Assembly (NCBI GenBank): GCA_964016885.1
Contig: OZ024742.1
Span: 372,310,001 to 372,374,000, forward strand
Origin: Eledone cirrhosa
Lineage: Eukaryota
DNA: 64,000 nucleotides
Direction of reading: 5' to 3'
The notes below the pieces were generated by a model. That model was given only the letters and a program-made list of their open reading frames with translations. It did not search any database and was not told where the DNA came from. Shown piece after piece: positions 26,216 through 39,987 of the stretch. Numbering within the stretch: position 1 is the first letter of the stretch; each line of letters begins with the position of its first letter. Both the position numbers and the translations under genes were made by a program.

Positions 26216-27944
26216 TTTAAAACTATTCTACAAAGCTGCTTTCATAATTTCCAGTTTTAACTTTACATAGGTTTTTTTGTTTTTTTTGTTATTTCTCCTA
26301 CTTTCCTTTCCATCTTCAGTATCTTTTTCTTTCCTTCTTCTGCCTAAGTCTACTTTATCACTTTTTTCTTTCCTTTTCTTTCCCAAAATCACATACCCTC
26401 TTTTTTTTCTAACTATTTTGTGATTTCTGCCTAAGTTTACCTTGTCACACCTTTTTTCCCTTTTCTTTTCTTTCTCCAAATCACATACCCTCTTTTTTTC
26501 TTTCTATTTTATGATTTCCTTTGAAGTGTACATATTTAGCACTAAATCACCTAATCAGTAACAAGCTGGGTACCAGTCTATGTGTAAGTAGGGAGCTATT
26601 TTTATACTGGGGGTGGGGTAAGGGGTGCCTCTAGGCAGGGGGAAGACAATAACATTAGGCAGAGGAGAATGAGCATAAGATGGTAAGGGGCATGAAGTAG
26701 TAATTGAGAATATTTACTCTGAAAATCTGATAGCTGTTAATATTAGACCTAGACTCCTGTTTAGAATATTTATGAGAGAACAGTCTAGGTATCGTATGAC
26801 AGTGATGTTTACTCACCAGAATTCAGTGAGAGCAAGGTAGGGTGTGGGAGTCAGGCAGAACTATCATTTATGTTACTAAGACAGTGTTGAGTTGTTTAAC
26901 CCCAGGTCAGATTTGATTCAATAAATATATGATCAAAATGTATTCCAGCTGTGACTATCATGTCATTTCCTGTTGTTGAGTGTGTTTTTTGGTTTATTGG
27001 TTTGGTTCTTTTTTTTTCAAGATTATATTATCCAATATGCTCTTCCCTTTTTTTAAAGACAGTAGGGTGAGACTTTGGGGGAGATGTTACTGCTATTTGA
27101 AGTTGTTGGTTTCACTAAGACAGTGTTCTTTACCTTTTTAATCCAATCATCTCATATATTTTCCTAATAATATATTGTATGTAAGTATGGACCCCCCCCC
27201 CCCTATTGCAGTTGTAGGTGCATTGTAGTAACATACAGAATTTCTAGGCCATTTTTAAACCTGACAGAACCCATCCCTTTCCACGGCTGAACACACCTGA
27301 TTTTTTTCAGAAAAGGAGAGGGAGAGTGATAGAGAGGAAGTGATAAAAAGGGAGAGAGTGGGGAAGAATCGACCCCAGTACTGAACTGATACTTTTTTTT
27401 ATTGATCTCCAAAGAATGGAAGGCAAAGTTGACCTCGGAGAGATAGAACTGTAAATGTGGTTGGTGTTAGGAAGGGCATCCAGCTGTAGAAACCTAGCTA
27501 AAAACAGTTCTATGTGAGCAAGATGCAGTCACTTGACCTAACTTGCTTCAAACGGGACAACCCGTCTAACCCATGCTAGCATGGAAAAATGGACGTTAAA
27601 TGATGATGAACTCAGAATGAATACCACAAAACATTCTACCCAGTGTTCTAACAACTCATCCAATTTGCCCCAATAATATATTGCACCGGTTTACTTCTCT
27701 CTCCTTTTAGAGCATAAGTCCTACTTAGACAAATATTCATTAGGAATATTAAAATAAATGGTGTGTTCAATTATTTACAATGTAAATCTTGGGTACACTA
27801 GAGATGTACTGGGATAACAGGTAGACCAACAGAAAGGGAATACTTTGTATATAAAAGATGTACAGGGGTAATCGACAGGAAGAGCCTCGGGGATATAAAC
27901 CTTTTCCAATCACATGAAGGGTCCATAGAAGTGGTTGATTACTG

Positions 27945-28594
27945 CTGCTATTTAGGTGACACAATTAGCAGAGGAGGAGGGTGCTCGGAGAGTATAATAG
28001 CTAGAATAAGGATAGGATGGAAGAAGTTTAGAGAGCTAATCGCACTGTTGACAACAAAAGGTTTCTCCCTACATACAAAAGGATGACTGCATGATGCCTG
28101 TGTGTGAAGTGCAATGCTGCATGGTAGCGAAACATGGGCAGTGACTGCAGTGGACATGTGGTGCTGCATGGTAGTGAAACATGAGCTGTGACTGCAGAAA
28201 ACGTGTAGACTGTAGAGAAAAGAAGCAACCATGCTTCGTTGGATGTGTAATGTGAATGTGTGAGAAAGGCAAAGGCTTGGATGAACTGAGGGAGAAAGTG
28301 GGTTTACGAGAGGAATCTGAGGTGGTGCGCAAGAGAGAAGATTGCATTGGTTTGGATATGTGTTGTGATGGATGATGATTGATGGGTGAAGAAGTGCCAG
28401 GAAATGCCAGTGCAAGGAGGTGCAATAGAGGTAGACCAAGGAAAATCTGGGCAGTGGTGTTGAGAGCTGATCTCAAATTGTTGAGACTCACATAAGAGAT
28501 GATGAAGGAATGCCACCAGTGGAGTGATGCTGTACTGGAAAGGACCCATCCAAACCATGCATGCGTGGGAAAATAATGACAATGATGATGATGA
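27945..28594 (+). mobile_element. Degenerate RTE LINE 3' fragment
   Basis: YLGDTISRGGGCSESIIARIRIGWKKFREL-like sequence and an ATG tail. Confidence 0.85.
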
Positions 28595-28899
28595 ATGGAG
28601 ATGTTAAATATAAATTATTGCATCAATAAAGAAATAACCAATATTTAATGAATAGTAAGTACTATAACCCATTCATTTGATTGGGTTCCACTGAAGTGTA
28701 TCTCAAATCTATACCCACAAGAGCATTGACACAACATGGGTAAATGGTTAAGAAGTTCCCTTCACAATCATTAAGTCATGGGTTCTTGAGCAAGTGTCAT
28801 TTATCATAGCCTTGGGTTGACCCATATCTTAGTGAAATTGGATAGAAGTATTTCTGAGAGGTTATTAAATACTTAATATATATATTTCTAAATAAGAGT

Positions 28900-29540
28900 G
28901 CACTGCACAGGCTTCCTTGAGGGGACGAATGTCTTGGTATTCGCAGCACTGATTTTCATTCCTGCCGTGTAGCATTCGGCATCAAACCTATCAAGTGCAA
29001 GTCAGAGATCATCTTCTGTCAAGTTAAGTAACACCAGTTTATCTGCAGATTACAACCAACTGATTCTACACCTGCCAGTCTTGATACCCCTTCCAGCCTG
29101 GCTGCACATGTCAACCCTGTTCATAACAATTATGAAGAGGAAAGGTGACAGTAGACACCCTCCTTTGGTGGAGTTTGGCACCCACATTGAATGGTTCCAA
29201 TTTAACATCATTTGTCCAAACACAAGTAATAAGTACTACATCTCAGAGATGAGAGAGCCACTCCAGGTAGAGCTGCTACTTCTCCAAACTGAAAGATCAC
29301 AGTCAGATGCTACAGTCATGTCAAAATGTCTAAGAAAAAATTGCTGGACAGATTTTACAGACAAAACCAACAGGTGGAAGACCCAGGGATAGACTCCGAG
29401 CAAGATGGTTGAATAACATCCATGAGCTTGGCTGGTCTGGCTTGGGGATCCAGCTAGATCAATTGGAGACAGTTGCTTCTGAAAAGACCTGGTATGATGG
29501 TGTGCTTGAGGACTCTGCCCTCACGGCCCTCCCACGAATA
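28900..29540 (-). mobile_element. Degenerate non-LTR RT fragment (RTE-like, different family)
   Basis: Manual translation gives LSPFLFIIVM...SADKLVLL...ALDRFDAEC...GMKIS with stops. Confidence 0.6.
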
Positions 29541-30311
29541 AGTGAGCAAAGAAAAAGGAGAAGAATATGTTAAATTGTTTTTAACTGTAGATTTATATTT
29601 GGTGTGGATTTCATAATTTTATATGCTATGGCATAGCTGTCTCTCTCTCTCTCTTTCTCTCTCTCTAAATATAGCATGGAAAATAGATATAAAGTATGAT
29701 GATGATGAAGAGGATAATGATACTTTCTACATCCAAGTTATATCTCAGTTTAGCTGACTTTTTCTCAGTTAATAGCTTTTTCAAAAAATGTTTGCAAATA
29801 GTTTCGTTTTTTTAATTTTTCTTGTTTACAACTCTATGGTATGGCACTATGTACATTTTGTTTGGAACAGATTCAAAGTTTTTTATCCAATCCTAATAAG
29901 TATTCAAAATTATTCAACATTAATAAAGATTTTGAAACTCGGAGAGTCATTCACCCTAGTAGAAAAATATTTGATCAGAATCTTTTTTTGGGGGATTTTT
30001 ACTGTTCCACAGCTAGATAAAAGGGTTATGAGAGGTATGTCTCTTGATAAGCACATACTGACAGAATAAACACCTTTTTTTTTTACATGATCTTTCCTCA
30101 GTATAGCAAAGACTACATTATAAAAACTGGTTTTCCTCTTTAGTGCTAGAAAATACTTCAGACACAAACACAGCTATAAAACTTTGGTGTAACCCACAAT
30201 GAAGTGCTGCTCCCATATCTAAGACAATTCTGCTGCTAGACATACAGACATCCTAGACTACATCTAAAAATATGACCATCTGACTGATTGGTATAAAGTC
30301 ACTAACATACG

Positions 30312-30705
30312 TCTGGTTCACAGAGATGTCTCTTCTTTCTGGTTCACAGAGATGTCTCTTCTTTCTGGTTCACAGAGATGTCCCTTCTTTCTGGTTCACA
30401 GAGATGTCTCTTCTTTCTGGTTCACAGAGATGTCCCTTCTTTCTGGTTCACAGAGATGTCCCTTCTTTCTGGTTCACAGAGATGTCCCTTCTTTCTGGTT
30501 CACAGAGATGTCCCTTCTTTCTGGTTCACAGAGATGTCCCTTCTTTCTGGTTCACAGATATGTCTCTTCTTTCTGGTTCACAGAGATGTCCCTTCTTTCT
30601 GGTTCACAGAGATGTCCCTTCTTTCTGGTTCACAGAGATGTCCCTTCTTTCTGGTTCACAGAGATGTCCCTTCTTTCTGGTTCACAGAGATGTCCCTTCT
30701 TTCTG
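30312..30705. repeat. 26-bp minisatellite (TCTGGTTCACAGAGATGTCCCTTCTT), ~15 copies
   Basis: Direct tandem repetition. Confidence 0.95.
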
Positions 30706-30984
30706 CTTTTGTTACCAACTGATAGATTATATATTGCCTGCATGAGGGGTGTGATATTGCATGGCAGAGAGACACAGGCAAGTAGAGAGAATATGAAGAG
30801 GTTGGTGAGAAATGAAGCACGCGTGTGTGCATGAACAACAGGGCATGGATGAACTATGAAAAATATTGGGTATAAGAGGAATGAGAGATAGTGTGCAGGA
30901 GAGAAAGTTGTGCTGGTATGGTCATGTGGTATGTTCATCATATGGATGATGTACACTGGATGAAGAAGTGCCAGGAAATACCAG

Positions 30985-32620
30985 TGGTATATATATGTTA
31001 TAGTATATATATATATTATGGTATATATGTTATGGTATGTATATGTTATGGTATATATATATGCTATGGTATATATATATATTATGGTATATGTGTTATA
31101 TTATATATATGTTATAGTATATATATATATATTATGGTATATATGTGTTATAGTATATATATATAAATTATATTATGGTATATGTGTTATGGTATATGTA
31201 TATGTTATGGTATATATATATATATATGTTATGGTATATATATATTATGGTATATATATATGTTATGGTATATATATTATGGTATATATATATTATGGTA
31301 TATATATTATGGTATATATATATTATGGTATATATGTTATGGTATATATATATTATGGTATATATATGTTTATGGTATATATATATTATGGAATATATAT
31401 GTTATGCTATATATATATGTGTTATGGTATATATATATATGTGTTATAGTATATATATATATGTGTTATGGTATATATATTATGGTATATATATGTTTAT
31501 GGTATATATATTATGGTATATATATGTTTATGGTATATATATATTATGGTATATATGTTATGGTATATATATATTATGGTATATATATATTATGGTATAT
31601 ATGTTATGGTATATATATATTATGGTATATATATTATGGTATATATATGTTTATGGTATATATATATTATGGAATATATATGTTATGGTATATATATTAT
31701 GGTATATATGTTATGGTATATATGTTATGGTATATATATTATGGTATATATATGTTATGGTATATATGTTATGGTATATATGTTATGGTATATATGTTAT
31801 GGTATATATATTATGGTATATATGTTATGGTATATATATTATGGTATATATATTATGGTATATATGTTATGGTATATATATTATGGTATATATATGTTAT
31901 GGTATATATGTTATGGTATATATGTTATGGTTATATATATATTATGGTATATATGTTATGGTATATGTGTTATGGTATATGTGTTATGGTATATATATAT
32001 TATGGTAATATATATATTATGGTATATATATGTTATGGTATATATATTATGGTATATATATATTATGGTATATATATTATGGTATATATATATATTATGG
32101 TATATATGTTATGGTATATATATGTTATGGTATATATATGTTATGGTATATATATGTTATGGTATATATATTATGGTATATATGTGTTATGGTATATATA
32201 TGTTATGGTATATATATATTATGGTATGTATATGTTATGGTATATATATGTTATGGTATATATATATTATGGTATATATGTTATGGTATATATATATTAT
32301 GGTATATATATTATGGTATATATATGTCATGGTATATATATATTATGGTTTATATGTTATGGTATATATATGTTATGGTATATATATATTATGGTTTATG
32401 TTATGGTATATATATATTATGGTATATATATTATGGTATATATGTTATGGTATATATATATGTTAAGGTATATATATGTTATGGTATATATGTTATGGTA
32501 TATATATTATGGTATATATATGTTATGGTTTATATATGTTATGGTTATATATGGTATATATATGTTATGGTATATGTGTTATGGTTATATATGGTATATA
32601 TATGTTATGGTATATATATA
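30985..32620. repeat. Degenerate TATGG(TA)n minisatellite following an RTE remnant (30730-30985)
   Basis: TTATGGTATATATA(G) units of variable length, about 15-21 bp. Confidence 0.92.
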
Positions 32621-33043
32621 AATGACTGTTACTTGGGCAGATTCTTTTAGGAAGCCTTACATGGTGAGCACCTCTCACAAAAACTATACCACTCTCCACC
32701 TAATCTTACTGAAACCATCTCTTCAAGGTCGAATTGAGTTTTATCAACATTATCACCACAAGATCACCATGTAAGGTTGCCTCAAAGAATCTGCTCAAGT
32801 TACAGAGTCATCTATGTGTGTGTGTGTATTGAACAATGAAACAATGGGTCGATATCATTGACTAAATGAAGGCCTCTGTATAGCCGCAGTTTACTAACTG
32901 ATAGAAGACAGTGCAGTTCACAACATGGTAAAAGAATGTTGGAGTCTCTAGCATTACTTTTGTTAGTTCCAGTATCAGATGTTTGTCTAAGGTTCTACAC
33001 AACAGGACTGAACCCTAATCTAATTGTTTGTACAGTGAATTCC

Positions 33044-33215
33044 TTAACCCTTTAGTATTTACATTACTCTATATTTACTATTGTATTTTCATGGTGAAGG
33101 CTTTATCTCACATAATATAGAATCTATGACATTTTGATATTATTTATTTTGAGAACAATACCTTAACATCGGTATGAGTCGCCAGTTACAGCCGGTTTAA
33201 ATACTAAAAGGTTAA
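33044..33215. mobile_element. piggyBac-like MITE with TTAA ends
   Basis: TTAACCCTTTAGTATTTA and TAAATACTAAAAGGTTAA form a 17/18 inverted match. Confidence 0.72.
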
Positions 33216-33376
33216 ACTGACCCCAGTGTGTTACTGGTACTTTATTTCATCAACCCTGTAAGGAAGAAAGACAAAGCTAACCTCGGCAGGATTTGAAATC
33301 AGAATGTAAAGGGCTGTAACTCTATGCTGCAAAGCATGTTGTCCGATACTCTACTGATTCTGCCAATCCACTGCCC
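33216..33376 (-). mobile_element. SINE family 1 copy
   Basis: Reverse complement of the family 1 body. Confidence 0.75.
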
Positions 33377-33863
33377 TCATGATGATGATGATTACAGCAG
33401 CTTCTACTCCTCAAACCTGGTTGATCTTTTGCCCCTGCCATTCAGGTTACAGTCAGTTTGAACAGAAAGAGGTGAGGGAATTCTGGCCAGTTACAGCCGG
33501 TTTACATGCAAAAGGGTTAACTCCTCGGTCATGCCTTGATCATTGAAGGATATGATCTTGTTAAAGGAATTGTTCCCAGAACTTGTCAGCTGTATATTAC
33601 TAGGCTGCTCTTCTAGGAAATATATTTACACCTAATTTATTAGTAATATCTATTTTTAGTTGTTGGCTTTAAGTGATGTGTTTATATGTTTATAACTGCA
33701 CATTAACATAAACAACCCACACACATAGATATGACTTCATTATATCTCATCATCATTATCATCATCATCTATATAATGTGTGTGCATGGAAGATGGACGT
33801 TAAACGATGATGATGTGTGCGTGTGTATATGGATGTATATACATATATTTTTATATATGTATG

Positions 33864-33916
<53 letters not shown>

Positions 33917-34079
33917 CCTCTTTACGTTTTTTTTTGTTGTTAATTTATATTTAATTATTGTCATATTTCTGTCATTAAATGAGAGAAATAAGTCAAACTT
34001 AACTCAAATTAGAGACATTTACAGATTAGGACAATCGGATTGGTGAGTTAATATGTGTATACAACAACTACAACCGTAT

Positions 34080-34770
34080 GCGATGGGGCCCACCCACAGC
34101 CCCGGCTGACAGAATGGAGCTGGCCTTTTGCCGTCCCCTCAATCCAGCCCCACCAGCTCAAGCTGGGAAGAGAAGCCTGCAGCGTGCAAGCCATGCTTAA
34201 TGACGTTGTTGAGGGCAGCATGGCGTGGAATGCAGCCAGCACTGTGGTTACAGGAAAGCGGGTGGAGGCCGAAAGAGTCCACGGTGGAACCGTAGCAACA
34301 TTGGTGTGGCTGGCAGATCCGGAGGCCGTGCCTCAGGGAAACGCCGATTCGCAGGCTATGGTTGTCTAGCTGCGTGCCAGTGGAGAAGGAGGGCAGGGCA
34401 TGGAGCCAGGCACCACTGTGGTGTTTGGAAGCCGCCCGAAAACAAGCAAGGAGGTGCTGGTCAAGCTGGCGCGTGAGCCTGTCTGAGGCCAGGCTGCACT
34501 GTATAGCATCCCAAGTGCATTGGGGGCACTTGACGTCAACGGGGGGAGAAGGAGGAGGGACATCTACTGGGCTAAGTCCCAGCCAGTCCCACGTCTCACA
34601 GGCGGCCTCATGTTCTCTGAACACAGAGGGTTCTGTTGTGTTTTGAAGAACCCTTCTGACGAGGACACAGCACGAGGTTATCGACGAAAGATACGCCAGC
34701 AAAGTTAGTGAGATCGGGGACCGGAGGCCAAGGCCGCCATACCTGACAGGTAAAGTGGCCTGTTGCCACC
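34080..34770 (-). mobile_element. Fragment of a restriction-like-endonuclease non-LTR retrotransposon (CRE-like)
   Basis: LPVRYGGLGLRS, SGAWLHALP, a Cys/His knuckle, RH-x2-LN, then GLD*GDGKRP. Confidence 0.75.
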
Positions 34771-34771
34771 A

Positions 34772-34965
34772 TGAGACCTCTGGTGTTACGCAGTAATACA
34801 GAAGACCCAACTTCCCACGGGTATATGCCGAAGTTGAAGCCTATAGACAGTATGCCCCTCCCACGATAAAGTGGTCATGTAGGTGTCACGACAAAAATCA
34901 TCCAGTCGACACTGTAAAGTGGTCGTGTAGGCGCCACAGTATATTGAACGTTAAATGATGATGAT
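34772..34965 (+). mobile_element. RTE LINE extreme 3' fragment
   Basis: Similar to 40640-40800; ends GTTAAATGATGATGAT then (TA)n. Confidence 0.8.
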
Positions 34966-35189
34966 ATATATATATATATATATATAGGAACGAGTAGGAC
35001 CCCGACGGCTGAGCTCAAGCCGTTTTGATGGCTAATTCTGGACTAAAAAAAAAAAAGTTTGTTTTTTAATTTTTTTTTTTTTTTATATATATATATATTT
35101 CTACTCGATACTCTAGCGGATTTTCCAAAACAAATCTTGTATTATTGTTTTATGCTTGTTAAATTATGCCCAAAGTACGGGGATCTTAT

Positions 35190-38100
35190 TTAAACCTTAA
35201 CCTTCTTGCTAACTACTTAAACCTTAACCTTCTCGCTAACTACCCAATATCTTCACCCGCCCCCATGCACCACCATTATTACGTGGGCCAATCATAAGTC
35301 AGAGGCCTATACTATCGCTTACCTGGTCGCCTTTCGATATGATGGATGGACTACGGAATTCTGGAGAGTTGAAAAGAAAAATCTGGACGCTCAGTGACAA
35401 TGCCAAAGATAAAGACAAATTCACCTCATGGACGAGAATGCAAGGACTCCTCCTCTTTGTTTCGGCTGCGGATGGCTAACATAACCCCATCTCCCCCATC
35501 CCCCCTGCGCCCCACCGCTCCCACCCTCCAAACGCAATCCAAAACTTCAGAGTTGGTACCATGAATGTAGGCACCTTAAAGGGTCGCTCTAACGAGGTTG
35601 TAGAAATGCTTGAACATAAGGAGGTCGATGTTTGTTGTATTCAAGAGACCAGGTGGAGGGGTGGGTCTGCTAGATTCATTGTGGGTAAAGAACGATGCTA
35701 TAAGCTTTTCTGGGTGGGAAATGACAATGGGCTGGGTGGAGTAGGAATCATGGTAGCAGAAAAGTGGGCAGATAAGATAATAGACGTAAATAGAGTGAAC
35801 GACAGAATAATTAAAATAAGACTTGTCCTCAATAGAACTATGGTGACAGTAATATCTGCGTACGCACCCCAATCCGGACTGCCCGGCACTATAAAAGACA
35901 GATTCTATATGACACTGATGCTCACTACCTCCCAAATAACCGACAGTGACTATATAATTATTGCAGGCGACCTAAATGGTCACGTTGGACAACATTGTGA
36001 CGGCTATGACGGAATCCATGGAGGCTATGGGTTTGGTACTAGAAATGAGGAAGGCTCCAGAATCCTGGAATTCTGTGACGCAAATAACCTAACTATCTGT
36101 AACACTAACTTAAAAAAATGAGACAATCACTTGATCACCTATAGATCGGGGGAACACACAAGCCAGGTAGATTATATCCTTACCAGGAGACGTGACAGAG
36201 TGTCTGTTGTAAACACTAAATCCCCCCCCCCCCCCTGAAGAATGCACATCTCAACATAGACTCATAATTAGCGACCTCATAGTCAGGACGAGATGTATTC
36301 GACAACAGAAGAGGACTATCCTCAGGAGAAAAATATGGAAATTAAAGGACCCCACAACCAGTCATAAATTTAAAAGCATATTACTTGATGCTTTTGATAG
36401 TAAGGAAGAGCAATTAGAGTCGTACACTATAGAGGAACAGTGGGAATTCCTGAAAGCTAACCTGCTGAAGGCGACAGATGAAACCTGTGGCTGGAGCAGG
36501 CCTATAGGCAGGAGGAGAGTAACATGGTGGTGGAACAGTAAGGTGGAGAGGTCAATCAAGGCCAAGAAGCAGGCTTGGAAAGCATGGCGGGATGGGGGAA
36601 GTAGAGAAGACTATCAAGTGGCCAGGAGGGAAGCTAGGAGACAAGTGTACTTCGCAAGAAGGGAAGCAGAGGAAAGAAAGTTCAAGCATATTCTACAACG
36701 CGAGGACCAAAAACGTGAGGTGTTCAGAATTGCTAGGCAATGTGTCAAGGAAAACAGTGATACTGTCGGGGAGAAGTGTGTCCTAAATGATGATGGTGTA
36801 CTTGCCATCACTGACGCTGATAAGAAGGTAGCTTGGAAGTGTCACTACGAAAGGCTACTAAATGAGGAGAATAATTGGGAGAAAGACAGTCTCCCCCACA
36901 TTGACCCAATAGAGGGACCAGCAGTGCAAGTTGAAGGTAGTATAATAAGTAAGGCGATCAAAGACATGAAGACGGGCAAGGTGGCCGGGCCTTCGGAAAT
37001 AGTTGCCGAAATGCTGAAAGCATCTGGAACGGTGGGACACACTATGGTCACCCGGATAGTAAACCAAATCATACAGAATAGGGTCGTTCCGAAGGACTCG
37101 CGCAGCAGCATCATCATTAACTGCTACAAGGGTAAAGGTGATGCCCTAGATAGGGGAAACTATAAACAGAGAGCAAATTGATCTAGACGAAATGCAGTTC
37201 GGGTTTGTGTCAGGTAAAAGTACAACAGACGCTCTTTTCATTGTACGACAACTACAGGAGAAGTACCTAGCTAAAAGTAAACCCCTATACTTAGCTTTTG
37301 TTGACTTGGAGAAAGCCTTTGACAGAGTACCCCGCTCGATTATCTGGTGGGCCCTTAGAAAACTAGGTGTTGATGAATGGCTTGTGAGAGCTAGACAAGC
37401 CATGTATAAAGAAACAGTCAGCAAGGTTAGAATTAACAACGAATATAGTGAAGAGTTTGGCGTAAAAGTTGGTGTTCATCAGGGCTCCGTCCTTAGCCCC
37501 CTACTATTTATTATTGCCCTTCAGGCTATAACAGAGGAGTTCAAGACCAGCTGCCCATGGGAACTCCTATATGGAGATGATCTAACGCTCATAGCTGAAT
37601 CAATGGCTGAACTAGAGAAGAAATTCCAAACATGAAGCATGGCCTAGAATCAAAAGGCCTTAAAGTTAACTTGTCTAAGACTAAAGTTCTAGTTTGTAGG
37701 AAGGAAAATAAGACACCGGTCCCATCTGGGAAATGGCCATGCTCAGTGTGTAGGAAAGGAGTAGGTAGAAACTCCATTTTATGTCCCAAATGCAAAGTAT
37801 GGGTGCATAAAAGATGTAGTGGGATCACAGGTAAGCTAACTAAGAATATAGATTTTATATGTGGCCGGTGCTCTGGTGCAATAAGTAGCAGCAAGTGCCC
37901 AGAGAATACTAGCTCATTCCATTGCACAGATGGTTCTATAGAAATAGTGGACAGCTTCCGTTACCTGGGTGATAAAATCAGCAGTGGGGGAGGGTACTCT
38001 GAAAGTACAGTAACTAGAGTCAGAACAGGATGGAAAAAGTTCAGAGAGCTTATACCACTATTGGCCGCTAAAGGGTTCTCTCTAAAAATGAAAGGCAGGC

Positions 38101-38908
38101 TGTATGATGCCTGCATACGAACAGCAATGTTACATGGCAGTGAGACCTGGGCATTGTGTGCAGAGGATATACGCAGACTGGAGAGAAACAAAGCTTGCAT
38201 GCTCCGCTGGATGTGTAATAGTAATATACGTGAACGGCAAAGCATAAACGAACTAAGGGAGAAATTAGAAATAAGAGGGATCAGATGCTGTTTACTCGAG
38301 AGAAGACTACGTTGGTATGGTCACGTGATACGCATGAAAGACGTATAAAAAAGTGCAGGGAAATAAAAATAGACGGTAGCCACGGAGTAGGCAGACCCAG
38401 AAAAACCTGGGACGACTTGATAAATTCTGACCTCACACACTTACACCTCTCCAAGACAATGTCACTGGACCGAGAGCTTTGGCGCTACACAGTAATAGAG
38501 AAGACCCGCCTTACCTAATTACAAAGTGAAACCTACTACAGTCAGTAGGCACCTCTAACAAAATACACCCCCGTCCCACTACTCTCACCCCATCCACACC
38601 ACCCCTTTCAATGTAAAGTTATGTTGGTGTCACAACATCCAGCCCGAAACAAATGAGGTCGTGTAGGTGTCATGACAAAAAAAGACACAGTCCACGCTGT
38701 AATGTGGCCGTGTAGGTAACACGGTAAAAACCTCTCAGTTCCACACTGTAAATGTGGTTGGTGTTAGGAAGGGCATCCAGCCGTAGAAAACCCGCCAGAC
38801 AGTCCTATGCGAGCAAGACAACCACTCTTGCCTCAAGTGGGAAAATTCTTGTCCAAACCCATGCAAGCGTGGAATATGGACGTTAAATGATGATGATGAT
38901 GATGATGA

Positions 38909-38911
<3 letters not shown>
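35190..38911 (+). mobile_element. Near full-length decayed RTE LINE (subfamily B)
   Basis: APE (35561-36121), RT fragments to 38518 with frameshifts, an internal deletion near 37165, YGDD in place of YADD, a 3' UTR and a (GAT)n tail. The 5' boundary is approximate. Confidence 0.92.
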
Positions 38912-38993
<82 letters not shown>

Positions 38994-39301
38994 TGAAACA
39001 AAATGAAAACGAAATTTCATTTCTCACTCTTAGTATGGCACTTACTTAAATGTAAGTATGCATGTATACGTACATACATATATGTATATAGACGTACAGT
39101 AGCATGCATATATATATATATACATATATATATACATATGCATACAGGTACACATACATATATGCACGTATCAGTTTAGCGGCGCTTATTATTATTATTA
39201 TAACATCGCTTTGTTCGTTTGTAAACAAACTGAACAGCCTGAATTTATGCCATACGGTGTTAAGGCAACCACGTCACCTTTTTGTTCAACACTGACACAG
39301 G

Positions 39302-39346
39302 AACGATGTACTAGTTTCAAGCTTGTTAGCTATCATCAGCACCGTT
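39302..39346 (-). ncRNA. Minimal type I hammerhead ribozyme motif
   Basis: Exact reverse complement of 39689-39733. Confidence 0.75.
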
Positions 39347-39607
39347 TACCCATCTGCCAGATAGTTGAACGTTCGAAAGTATATACTTTCCTTATGAAAA
39401 TTAACGACTGAGCAGCCTAATTTGCATATTGAGTGAGTTAAATCGGTCAGGCATACCGAAAACGATAAATTGAAACAAATGTATGTACGTATACATGCAT
39501 ACTTACATTTAAGTAAGTGCCATACTAAGAGTGAGAAATGAAATTTCGTTTTCATTTTGTTTCAATTTATCGTTTTCGGGATGCCTGACCGATTTAACTC
39601 ACTCAAT

Positions 39608-39615
39608 ATGCAAAT
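39608..39615 (+). promoter_or_regulatory. Octamer motif ATGCAAAT (mirror copy at 39420-39427)
   Basis: Exact octamer about 75 nt upstream of the hammerhead. Function is unproven. Confidence 0.35.
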
Positions 39616-39688
39616 TAGGCTGCTCAGCCGTTAATTTTCATAAGGAAAGTATATACTTTCGAACGTTCAACTATCTGGCAGATGGGTA

Positions 39689-39733
39689 AACGGTGCTGAT
39701 GATAGCTAACAAGCTTGAAACTAGTACATCGTT
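39689..39733 (+). ncRNA. Minimal type I hammerhead ribozyme motif
   Basis: AACGGTG-CTGATGA-T AGCT AACA AGCT T-GAAA-C TA G-TA|CATCGTT. Stem I is 7 bp, stem III is the palindromic ACTAGT, and the predicted cut is after 39726. Confidence 0.75.
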
Positions 39734-39987
39734 CCTGTGTCAGTGTTGAACAAAAAGGTGACGTGGTTGCCTTAACACCGTATGGCATAAATTCAGGCTG
39801 TTCAGTTTGTTTACAAACGAACAAAGCGACGTTATAATAATAATAATAAGCGCCGCTAAACTGATACGTGCATATATGTATGTGTACCTGTATGCATATG
39901 TATATATATATGTATATATATATATATATATGCATGCTACTGTACGTCTGTATACATATATGTATGTACGTATACATGCATACTTAC

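Noticed and set aside
27711-27760. Candidate acceptor for the next POLN exon
   Set aside because: The phase-compatible frame stops after about 15 codons and has no polymerase motif.
31018-32650. Y/I/M/W-rich ORFs
   Set aside because: Translation of a low-complexity minisatellite.
34657-34700. CTGACGAG...CGAAAG possible hammerhead
   Set aside because: No convincing stem I, II or III pairing; it lies within the CRE-like coding remnant.
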